Made by a program: the position numbers and the translations under genes
Shown: positions 23,868 through 35,600 of the stretch, piece after piece
Layout of the letters: every line of letters starts with the position of its first letter
Position numbering within the stretch: position 1 is the stretch's first letter
Assembly: GCA_051294905.1 (NCBI GenBank)
Contig: CM119378.1
Location: 15,314,001-15,378,000 of the forward strand
Direction of reading: 5' to 3'
DNA from: Botryllus schlosseri
Taxonomy: Eukaryota
DNA: 64,000 nucleotides
Notes under the pieces: generated by a model
What the model was told of the DNA's origin: nothing
The model's input: the letters and a program-made list of their open reading frames with translations, nothing else
Databases searched by the model: none

Positions 23868-24058
23868 ACTATCTTCTTTACTTTCATTCAGTGTGCATGC
23901 CTCCTCTTTACATCGCCTAGGCCAAGGTGGGTGTCAGTTTCCATAGACTACTCCTTGTCGCTTCGACATCTTCCTGTCTTTTCATTGTATCGCATTTTTT
24001 GTGGTGTATTGAACTGATAAAATTGCTAATAAACCAATGATGATGATGATGATGATGA
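23868..24058 (+). mobile_element. LINE family E 3'UTR with (TGA)n tail, abutting the LTR
   Basis: Near-identical to 63005-63192; ends aataaaccaa(tga)n. Confidence 0.9.
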
Positions 24059-24763
24059 TTCATTAGAAGCGCGAAACGAATGAAAGACTTTCTTCGACTG
24101 TTAGCGTCCCAATTATGACGTGCAATCAGCCAACTCATAGGCAATGTCATGACCAGTTCCATTGCAATGGTCACATGTTCGTATAGCTATCAGCCATGAA
24201 GCAGTTAGAGTGCTTTCAAGTCGCACATGTTCAGTGTTCACCTGCATGCCCCATTTTAAAACTTTTGAAGATAATTTTCAAAATTACAGAAAGATTCGTG
24301 GCACAATTGAGAATCCGTGGCGGCACACACAGTTTGGGAATCACTGCTCCATAGTTATATGATGAGGGAATGTGAGTTCGTCATCTACACTACATATACT
24401 TAATACCTATACCCCCTGTAGTAGTGCAAAATATGCCTCTACGCACCAACCTTACATGTTTTTTTCGTAATCGAAATATCGCACGTCTGCTTTCAATTCA
24501 ACGTTCATCGATTTCTTGAAATTCTTCGTTTCGAATTAGATATAAACACAGGTCAGATTTCTACTAACTACAGAAACGATTGCTCAATGCTTGTTATTAC
24601 AACGCAATATATAATCAATAGCAAATGCGTTCACTATCAGACGTTACATTTCATCGCGTCATTAACCCATCTTCTTTGTGCTAGGATAAGCAATAAGCAG
24701 CATACAGATTCAATACAGGTTCGCAACCGGGTGAAAGTGTTTATTGGACGTTTTGGGAATAAG

Positions 24764-27700
24764 ATGACATCCTGTCCGACATCCTACAAGTCGTACTCGG
24801 AAGATAACGCCTTTCTGCCGCTTTTTCTCATTGTCTGCATCGTTTTGACGGTTGCGTGCAACCTCACAATGTTGGTGACTGTCTTCAAAGATAGTCACCT
24901 GGATCGCAACGGTCACTTGAAAGTAATGTGCTGCGTTAATCTTGCTGCTGGCGTGGTTGTCATACCGATGGTGCTTGCTATCTCTGTCTGGAGTGAAGTC
25001 GCCACGAATAATGCCTTTTGCAGTTTATCAGGCGTGTTTACGAATTCCCTTCACGGTGCTTCGATGCTCAACGTCTGTGCGATAAATTATGAAAGGTAAG
25101 ATATAAATTGGACAGAAAAATATCACCTATTGTGTATATATAGGGGTAGGGGTGCAGTGGCCGCACCCTCGACGGAGGAATACATCGTATATTTTGGGGA
25201 ATTTTGCCAGATATTTGGACGAAAATATTGAAATACTGATTTGAGATTTTTTCAAAACAATTTTATGGTATCATGTGTTCTTTATTTATAAAATCGGTAG
25301 TGAACAGTAATGAGGACAATCTTGTTAGGCTGTTAGGCTGTCTGTCGCGCAGATTATATAGAATTTGGGTAAAATCTGTATTGCATCCCAATGTTTCATG
25401 ATTCCCTTCTATACCAACGGCTTTGAAAGATGCCCGTCTCAAATTCCTATATATGTTACCTAAAAGAAGTGATTGTTGTACTTTCTGGTATTGGCTTAAG
25501 TTTAGTCGCAGTAACACATGGTATATGATCAAGGAAAATTACGAGCAGTTATAAGTTCTTCATCACCGTCTCCACCAATATGATCACAGACCGCTAATAA
25601 TATCCATTGGCATTTTTATAACCATTGTTATGGAATATTTAATTCTTATTACAGGTACCAAGCGATTGCACATCCGATGAAATTGCGGTATTCAAAAGAC
25701 ACCACCAAACTTTCCAAGCTGTGGCGCGCGATTACCATACTGCTGCCCGTGATACTATCCATCAGTCCTTTCTTTGTTATTGCGATACCATATGGGCCGC
25801 TGACCCACGCCCCGCTTTGCATGGTACTTCCGAAGACGACAGCTCTTGTTATTATTGGCTACGTGGACGTCTTCCTGACATTTGTTGTCCCCTGGATCGT
25901 GATGATATGCGCTGGAGTTGGTATGTTGCTTATTTCCATTTCCTGTATTGGATAGAGATAGACAAATATAGCCAGCAAATGTAGCAATTTCTTCTGATAT
26001 TGGCTACCTGTATATGTCAAGTCAACTCCCAGATCCTCACCATTCAACTGATATCCACGTGATAACTGACCCGGTACATTTACGTATAATATTCTTTAAT
26101 ATACAATAAAATATCTATTTCACTACGTCCCCAACATTGTTTTTTGAATTTGCCTCACGCTTGCCATAATCCTGGATACCCATGACCGCCTGAAAACTTC
26201 TGTAGGCCGAAACCTGCATATATGTTGTATAGCATACAGGCGATGTGAGTTATTGTTCTGGGCATGGTGGATTCACAATTTTGCTTGTGAATAGGATTTA
26301 GAGATTCTTAAGTCCATAGCGGAATCGCATATTGTTTCAGCCGGGCTTGAAACGACTGACGAAGACGTTAAATAGATATTTACTTTCGCAGGCATGTTGA
26401 CAATCTCGTGCAAACTGTCTCATTCGGTCGTTCACCCAATTCATGTAGCGCCAGCCAACGTGCAAGTTACAGAAAGTAAGATAGATATAGTATGGAGATT
26501 ACACTGGGCCGACTAGGGTGACCATAAGTCCTTCTTCAAGAGGATTTGTCCTCCTTTTCGAAGAAATGTCCTCCCTTCGCCCAAATATCCTCCTTTCTGA
26601 CAATTTGTACTCATACTCATTTTTAGCCTAAAATGCGAAACACGTTAAATTTTGGCCAAAAAAAATAGACGATGGGTTACACGGTAGTAAAATCTGAAAA
26701 CTGACCTTTTTTTAGTTAACACCAGATACGTACAGTAAAAAGGGTAATTCGGGATTTGCGTCAAAGTGATGACCTTTTCAACACAACAACATTTCCAGTA
26801 AATATTCCAAACTCTATTTTTTCAATTTCGGTCAAATAACTTTTCTGGTTTGAAAAAGTGTCCTCCTTGAGTCCTTTTCCGATTCCAAAATACTGTAACT
26901 GGTAACCCAACATTGTCTGTTTGTTATCATATTCATGGTGTTTCGACTACATTGGTCCTTTTAAACCAGGCCGATATACTTTATTTTAGATTCTGTATTT
27001 ACCGACTTGTAGCGCGGCCCACGCCTAGGCGTTTTTATAAGACAACCGCTTATGCGGATCACGTGGCGAGGAAGAACCTAGATAAACCTATTGTAGTGTT
27101 TCGTCGAATATAGACGGTGGAGGCCAAGTATGGTTAGAAGACAAAAAATAATGATCCAACTACATGACGAATTCTATCTCTTATTCTGCAATATTCACTT
27201 CAGACGTTCGTGTCCGAGGCCGCAATCGTAACGTGGGCGCATTTTCAAATCAGCGTAACAGGACAACACGAATCAAAAAAGCAATGCGAACGAGGGTAGA
27301 GCGGACGGCTTCGTCTCCAGCACATAATTTCAAAGCTCTGATCACCGTTGCTACGACATTTTGTATTTTCTCTGTATTCAACGGACCGTATGCAGCCTTT
27401 GTCATTACAGTTAGCAGCACGTTTACTTGTTCGTCTTCGCAGAGCACTAACCATCCAGCTTTGGAATATATTTTATGCGTGACTTGGCTAGCGGTCTACG
27501 CAATTTATCCTTTACTAAACGGCCTGACAAGCCGGGAGATAAGATTGAAGATGCTACAAATGGTGCGTAACAAGCTCAGCGTTAACATAGTGGATGTTAA
27601 TGAATTTGAGGGGTCAAGCGTGGCTAAATGGAACCAGGTTGACAGAGACGGATTGGAAGACCGACAATTATCCGGGAAGCTGACGAGCTTTCGCAAGAAA

Positions 27701-27985
27701 CAGCTGGTCGAGTTCGCCACACTGCGATCAACATTGAGAAGGAAGGAAGTAGCTGCTATCATGATCCAGCGATGTACGTGGAAGGAGTATCGGTCAAACG
27801 CGAGAATCACAAGTGCACCGCCACGGAGAGACCAAGTTTTGACGAGGAAGGTAGTCACACGTGGCCCGCATACTCCTCATCGAATACCAATTGCACTACT
27901 TCCTCAGTCGCTATCCTGTCCAACGACGCGGAGAACATTCAATTATTTCAGCACCCCGAAATCGAGCACAAATTTGCCTACTTAG
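24764..27985 (+). CDS. Orphan rhodopsin-like (class A) GPCR, 487 aa, with degenerate motifs
   Basis: Exons 24764-25095, 25655-25920, 26392-26475, 27204-27985 (1464 nt, phases agree). Seven hydrophobic segments; TM3 FC...INYER|Y.AI.HP, ECL2 Cys, TM5 FVVP, TM6 KALI...F...GP, TM7 YPLLN. Confidence 0.85.
26514..26910. mobile_element. Family I-related hAT MITE in a GPCR intron
   Basis: tagggtgacc / ggtaacccaa termini and gtcctcc subterminal repeats; no TSD retained. Confidence 0.6.
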
Positions 27986-29314
27986 GGTGTTCCATATCTA
28001 TATCCGGCTATGCATAAATGTATAAAGGATATGATGTATAGAATCAAGCCCGATGTGTAAGTTATCATTAAAGTATTTAGTTAGTGCAGTGTCATGGTTC
28101 CCAACCGGAGAGAATTCCCCCTTAGAGGGGATTTTGCGTTAGAATTGTAACGGATTAATCAAATTTTTCATGCCCGAGTCGTCAAGTAGGAAAAAATTAC
28201 CATTTTTTAGTCAACCCGACAATATGTTCAGTAAAATTTACTGTATTAATGGCTGATACTTCGTCTTTTCGGACTTGCGGAAGTATCCCAATTTGCAGAT
28301 CTCAAAATATGGTAACCTAGTTAATGAGCCAAGCAAATACAAATCACCTAACACTAACCATGCCTTTTGGAGCAGACTTGGACAACTAGGAAAATTTGAG
28401 CTTTTCTGAATTAGATTTGGATTAGAATTGGAGCTATAAAGTTTTTTTCCAAATTAGATTAGAATTAGAGCTATAGAAGTTTTTCCTAGTTAGATTGGAA
28501 TTAGAGCTACACAGCTTTTTTCAAATTAGATTAAAATTAGAGCTACACAGTTGTTTTTTTTAAATTACATTAGAATAATAATAATTACTGAATTCGCAGA
28601 AACTTCGAAATTGAAAGAAATCGTGAATGGGAAATAAATACAGCTAAAATCAGTTCATATCAAATCACAATGCTTTCCGATAACCATGAGAATGATTAGG
28701 CTAACGTCTGTACACCAAGCTTGGCTCGTTTTGTACTACACCAGGGGTCAACGTTTTCGCGCCCGGCGATCTGATTTGTGATTTTGGAAGAACGCGAAAT
28801 AATGCATATTGAAATGATGAAATAGATTTCAGCTCCATATTACTATTGTTGTTGTTTCAAAATGAGCTGTTCGTCTGTGCCGAACAACACTATTCCACAC
28901 TAGCCGAAACGGCTTCGTCGATGGCAACAGCATTCCATCGATGGAGAGTCAGCTAATATCAAGAAGCGTATTGCGTCGACGTGCACGTTCAGTGGCCCAG
29001 ACACTGCCAAGACCGATACGCTTAGAAAACGGCACAAGACGTCCCAACAAGATCAATCTTTAGGATGAGATAGTCTTTCAGATAGCAACATTTCTTGCTA
29101 GCCCCAATATCGATTCATCGGTCGCTGGTGTAACTGAAGGCTGTGTCGTGTCTGGAGCAACAGGTAGCTGAACTGGCGACTGCTGGCTGTCTTTAGGTTG
29201 GCGACTACTTAACCCACAGTTTCACGCGGTGCGGATGCAGTGCAGCAGAGATAGGTACGTCGGGTAGCGTAATAAAATGAGTCTGATGATATTCGAAAGA
29301 GATCGGGTGTTTAT

Positions 29315-29835
29315 TAGGGCTGGGCAAAATCGAGTACCTGAGTGATTCGATTCTGAATCACGTAATATGCTTCGAGTCGAGTCGAGTAATCGAATATCAC
29401 TCGTTATGACGTCATAAAAGAATGTAATACGTCAAAACTCAAATATACTATGTACCGTTTATGCCCCCACAAGGAATATATTGCCTTTTATCCGTCTCAT
29501 AAATGATAATTTGGTATTTTTCCGACCATACCGATTTCATTCCACTTGGTGACAATGTTGTGAGATCATCATGACTTCGGAAATGTGCTACGTCCAGTAA
29601 TCTTCGTAGCTTCGTACTATATGTTTCGTATGCTACGATACCGCCAATCAAGGTTTCAAGGCTTCACCAGTGAAAATTAGTATCGAAACTATAATTCTCG
29701 TTGATAAATTAACTTTCAGTGGCGAGAAGCGTATAATTTCAGTACTCGAAAAAATCGTATTTTATTACTCGACTCGAATCATTAAAATAATACTCGATTC
29801 AGATTCGAGTACTCGAATCATTGTGCCCAGCCCTA
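29315..29835. mobile_element. Non-autonomous hAT element, family H (521 bp, no insertion)
   Basis: TIR tagggctgggca / tgcccagcccta; exact 8-bp TSD gtgtttat. Confidence 0.93.
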
Positions 29836-30358
29836 GTGTTTATACCCGAGCGATACGAAAAAGGGTGGTTTGCACGAAAAAGGGTAGACTTGCGCAATGC
29901 GCGACAGGATAGCGAAGCTGGTGCAATGCGGTTGGGGGCGATTATTGCGCAATACGTCAAAGGATTATGATGGTAATCAAGCAATACGCGACAGAGAATT
30001 ACGAAGCCAGGATATTGTGCAATCGTATGTGGGTCACATGGTAATCCCAGTACTACGAGCAAAGTGTAGTTCCTTCGTAACAGATACCTGAGGACATTGC
30101 ACTAAGGGCCAGCGGTCTGCCACACTGGGAAGCGTTGTCTCGTATCGTGCGCAGCTCACAGTTCAAAATAAAATGACGTTTATGATCATGATATTTCATG
30201 TAGTATTTGTACTACTTTAATAAAATATTACTTATTCTTTTTGGTAACCATGAGCATCGCCCATGTAAGTCAGCGCGGCGTTGTACTAACCCAACGTAAA
30301 GTTTCAAAATCTAGAATGTTGTTCGCAGACTACAGGCTAGCAGGGTATTATTCGTCAC

Positions 30359-31631
30359 CAGCACCGTAACTGCCGCACCCCAAACCCCCCAATTGGGGGG
30401 GGGGGCTGAGCTCGAAGGGGGCCCAAAATTATTTCGTGAATTAGCATAAATCAGAGAGTATTTTTTGAAAATCTGTGCAATTTTTTCGCGCTGCGCGCCA
30501 ATTCAAGTAGCCATTTATCTATATTATTGGGTATTGGCCCATTACCGCGCCACGACCAACCAAGACATACAATAAAGTTTTAGGCCAGATAACATGCGAC
30601 TTCAAGAAGTGTGCCAGAACGATCGGCAGCGAGAAAAGCTTGGCCGAAAAGGTCTATATATGCCCTTATGCAGACCGAAGACTTCTTTATATATGCTATA
30701 CAAAATACATAGGTTTAATTGTCTATAGGCGCCTAAATGACTGGCGCCGAATGTTCCTGTCTTTGCAATCTGAACCTCACACGACAAATACCATCCTTCT
30801 GGGAAAAATTTTATGCCAGTGAAGAAATACCAATTCGAAATCGTGTGCGTCTCTTAGTTTAGAAGCCTACGTTTGGGCGATTCTATATTTTTTGATATAG
30901 CAGACCGGAAGTCACGAAATAACATCATGTAACGAAGTCATATCAACGGTTCCGCCCGCCCGAAGATATTTAATCATTATTTACGGGCCCTCCCGTTTTC
31001 AAGACATTTTACTCAGCTCTACCGGAAAATCTAATTACCTGAATAGAGAGGTCAATAAATCGATAGCATAATATTTATGCAATCGCCGATCTGATCGACC
31101 GATTTTATCATGAATTATCGAAAATTTTCGCGTTTCGCGCTGGCTCACAATACAGTTCAGATAATTTCGTGACAAACGCGAACAACGTGATGGGGGGGGG
31201 GTCGTTTTATCACCCTATGGGAGCCCTAGACCCACGTTTTTGGGGGCCTGACGAGATGCTGTTTCGTTCCTGCCAACGGGTATACGCCTGAAGATGTTTA
31301 ATTATTATTGAGTGGTCCTACCTTTTCAAACACACCTCACTCAGCTCTACCGGCAAATCTGATTAGGTGAGTAGAGAGAAGATAAAAATTGATAACAATA
31401 TATGCAATTCCTGATCATTCTGACCGAAGAAATCATGAATTCCAGAAATTTTTCGCGCTTCGTGCGCTTAGGCGACAAAAGCTGATTCACTGAAGAAAGT
31501 CTCAAAAAACATGATGAATAGCGGTAAACAGTGTATCGGCGGAGGGGGGTCTGGGGTTCGGTCTATAACCCTATGGGGGCCCAAGACCAAAGTTTGGGGG
31601 GGGGGCCTGACGAAGTGCTGTTACGGCCCTG
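30359..31631 (-). mobile_element. Family B hAT element with a duplicated 5' third (1273 bp)
   Basis: Termini cagcaccgtaac / gttacggccctg; exact 8-bp TSD ttcgtcac. The 5'-end block occurs twice (about 31190-31270 and 31545-31631). Confidence 0.9.
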
Positions 31632-31872
31632 TTCGTCACAATAACTACTAGGACTGTACGGTGAGGCGATGGCGACTTGGCATTGGATTTCCCAGCGCGG
31701 GAGGTATATTCTTGTTAACTCCTGCAAAATGCCACGGACAAAGAGGCATTTTCAGGAAAACAATAATTAAGATCAGAATTGAAATTAAAAACATAGGAAC
31801 ATTTCACAAATTAGATTAGAATTAGAGCATATGAAACATTTCACAAATTAGACTACTGGCATTTCGTTTTAA

Positions 31873-31917
31873 CTATAGATAACTAAGGTAAACCTTTTTT
31901 ACCTTAGTTACCTATAT
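31873..31917. repeat. 45-bp hairpin made of family D termini
   Basis: tatagataactaaggtaaa and tttaccttagttacctata pair at 18/19 around a loop of about 5 nt; ctatagataactaa equals the D terminus. Confidence 0.75.
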
Positions 31918-32684
31918 TTTAACTCAGTGAAATTAGACAGCTAGAATTATCTAGTCGTCCAAGTCTGCTTCAGAGAGGCTGTATTTCAGCTCAAGTTGTA
32001 TAATTAGGAGCCTACGATAACATTACCCAATTTGGATTCGGACGTATTGTTCCTCAGTTAGCCAAGCTTTCTGACTTATTCTGAAAACGCTACATCACTT
32101 AACTCGAATCGGGATCGAATCACTCGGCTATTCCATTTTGCCCATTCCTAATCATTGGATCGCATTATTTCTACCACAACTCGAGCAGGAAAAAGATTTA
32201 TTGAATACTATACAGGTACGTCGTACAGTCATAGTTATCGAGAAAATTCAAAAAATCATGGTGTCGGCTACAGACCGCGAAGATGCACGAAGGACAGATT
32301 GTCATCAATCCCAACCCATGTAGGTCGATCATAAAACGATAAGTCAAGGTAGTTCTTCGTAGCTGAAAAAACGGCTGTCTCCAAGGACATCGGGACTGCA
32401 TATCGACCGGAAATGAACGCATCTATTTCGAAACGCGAACGAATAGCGCGGATTTCAATTAGTACTAGAAACCTTATCTCGGAATTGCAAGAAACGGAAA
32501 ACTTGCTGACGATTCAGAATTACGTCATAATGTGATTAAAACGTCACAAACACAAAAATACCGAAGCGTATCGGACGTAAAGCATCACAGCGCGAAAGGG
32601 GCACAAAACTATCGAATGTATCTTCTAAAACACGGCGTTATAAATATGGAAAATGCACGGGAGGTAGTCTTGACACACTGCGAA

Positions 32685-35600
32685 TTACGAGAACGATCGC
32701 GGTCCTTCGCCGGCCGCCATGTCGTCTTGGATATGCCCGTCGGCTTCTTCCTTCAAAATCTGATGCTTACGATTTGGCGAAAACGGCCTTCTTGGAGGGC
32801 CTGAGCGGAAATTACCGGAATTAAACAGCCGTATTAGAGTGAAAATCGTGAAGGGAACACTTACCTATATAGCTTAGAAGAATAGGTAAAAATATAAGCC
32901 CGTGCGCCGCGCCCAGCAGCACGATCGCGAGGTACATTCGGAAATAGAAGACGCGGAAAATCTGCGAGGTGCTGAATGCCAGTACCGTGATCCCGACAAA
33001 CTTGGTAAGAGTGATACCGCTGAGCACCTGAAATAAAAAACAAGAAGCCGGTCAATTTCAGTCCAGACACTCCCAGAACTATCACAACAAGCATTGTATT
33101 CAATATTCATATTGCCAAATTTATTCCGCTTCAAGCTTTTCGACCGACTCACATGAGTAGGTCGAAAGTCAGTAATTGCAATTAAACGAATTTGAAATAT
33201 CGATAACGCTAGATATTGTTCCAGAGTCAGTCGAAAAGCTTCCGAGAGTAATAAATTTGGCAATATGAATATATTGTTTGTTGCGATATTGAAGTTCTGT
33301 ACAACAAAAGACCCCCTCACCGAACTGCCCATTTCGGACAGGGCCTCCTTGGAACGGAGCAGCCTCGTGGGCTGACTGCTGAGAGCGAAGGCTCGGGTGA
33401 TGTGAGCGCAGAATTCCACCGATATGCCGACCGCCTTTCAAAAGAATCGGAAATGTTAGACGTGGGGCGAACACAGCCTGACTCAATTGGCACAGGAGGA
33501 CCAGAGATGGTGAAAGTAGTCACTATTGCTACTCAGAGATAGGTAGAAGTAACGCTGTATATATCTTCTCAATGACAAGTATAACTAAAAATTTCCAGCA
33601 TATTCAAAAACCTCTACAACTAGAAGTAGAAAATAGAACGTCTGTAGAGCACTTATGTATTCCAGAAAACACACTAGATGGGGGTATTTCGCCCATTCGA
33701 TATGACACAAACTAATCCCAAATCTACTTTCTACCAGAAACCGAGAAGTGACTATTCTAGATTACTAATTGGTTCGCCGCTGCTTTAGATCGTAGAGCAG
33801 ATCAATAGTAAAGCAATTCACAATGAATAAATAAAGACATTCGACTCCACAATCGATACAATGCCAACGGTACAAAAAATTGGCCACTTACCATGACGAG
33901 GTTCACCAAAGACACCGCGTTCAGAGGTATGCTCCACAAGTACATGACGCCGAACATGTTAAGAATGATCAGCGAAATGGTGAACACCACGTTCAAAGCC
34001 GACAGAACATCCAGGCCCATCATCAGCAAAACAATAATAAATATGACAAGAAGGGAAATGCCTGCGAACACAAATCGAACAGGCGGTCATAAATCTCCCC
34101 ATATTAAATCTCCCCAATTTTTGCTACTTACCGAGATTGAAAATGGTGTCGTGAACGATAGTAAGGTATTGCTCGTAGTAGACATAAAATATCGAATAAG
34201 GGAACACTTCCACCGAGCTGTTCAAAGCGGCCGTCATATTTGCGGCGAGCGCGTTGGCTTGTTTCAAGCACGAGATGAAGTCGGAAGATGTCTTCGCCAC
34301 AGTGTGATACGTCATGAAGTAGGTCGCTAAAGAAGATAGTCATTTGTTTTATTACCCCTCTAGACACTGCTGTCTATAAACATCGGTACCTCCTACATCC
34401 GTCTTCAGATCAGTGCCCGTGGTCGTCTTGTTGATGATTTTCACACCACTGCCATATGCTGCGTGGCCACTGAATGCAGAAACAAACGGTTTCAATGCCA
34501 AATTGATATCAACGCAGCAATATTCAGCGACATGACTAGCTGTATCGGAGAGTGAATGCATTGTCTTCCTATGGAATAACCACGGTCACGGTAAAGGTGC
34601 TCGTATAAATCCGAATTTATAGCAAAGCGACAGGGTCATTCAACTACAACCAGCAAAATTCATTTAGCAAGATAACCATACCCTTTGGCACACTGCGTCT
34701 CTGGGTTGTCGTTCAAAAACCACGGCAAGAACTCCATAAATTCTTCGGCGGTCGGCCGCGGATGTTTGCCGACTTGGTCCATGGATCGGCAATTCGTACA
34801 ATTCGCAGTAGACGGGATGACCTACGAAATGTACAGTCGATTAACAATCAAAACATATGTTTCTATTCGTCTAGCAGGCACGGGGTGGCCGGTAACAAAG
34901 TACTTCACTTTTTTAGCCTACTCAATGTAGGTATCGCAAACGCTCACTACTTCGACAAGTTTTCAAGCAATTACTTTCTAATTCACCATAAATTAAATAG
35001 TTTCCGGCTTCATTAATCATTCCGCAATAGCCGTCTACAGAGGTGGTCAAATTAGTTAGCATTGGTTCCAAAAAGTAGATTTTGTCGAGGGCTAGCAGAG
35101 ATCTCAAGTTGCATCTTCACGACTAACACAAAATGACAATGACAGTATAAAATAGGTGAATATCCAGCGAATATCCAGATACCGCCATTCCGGGCTATTC
35201 TGGCAAATCGTTATAACAATTTCACTTATAAAACCGCGCAAGCCTATCCTAAACCAAAACTACACTCTACCTGTAAAAAATTAGAATTTTTCCTACAAAA
35301 ATGGTTGAGTATTCAAAAACATACCCGCTTGATTAGTGCAAGTCAGCAAAACCTACCACAGTACTTGAAAAAGTAGACCCACTGACTACGTCTGGTTGTA
35401 TATACTTTGTCGTGTCATAAGTTAACGTCTTGACTGTACAACACGTGACAATTTCTGAACATTTTTATAGCCAGGGAAATCGCTGCTAACACGAGTGAGC
35501 AAACCGAATAATGTCCTACCGTCGCATTGCAGAACATGTCATTGTCATCGTTGTAATATCTGCAGCACGACGACTGCGGCTTGAGCCAGCTGAAATAGTC

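Larger units (their letters stand above)
28371..31969. mobile_element. TIR element K with internal aaattagattagaattagagc tandem repeats, split by about 3.2 kb of other sequence
   Basis: agcagacttggacaactag (28371-28389) and ctagtcgtccaagtctgct (31951-31969) are inverted at 18/19. Same-orientation tandem units at about 28400-28575 and 31765-31850. No TSD identified. Confidence 0.6.

Noticed and set aside
28400-28575. CRISPR-like array (also the GGCTCC arrays at 46440 and 51735)
   Set aside because: Eukaryotic context, irregular degenerate units without unique spacers, and located inside TIR elements.
34922-35107. Extra NPC1 exon
   Set aside because: The flanking exons join in phase and give the expected FCNAT-VIP...C..C sequence without it.
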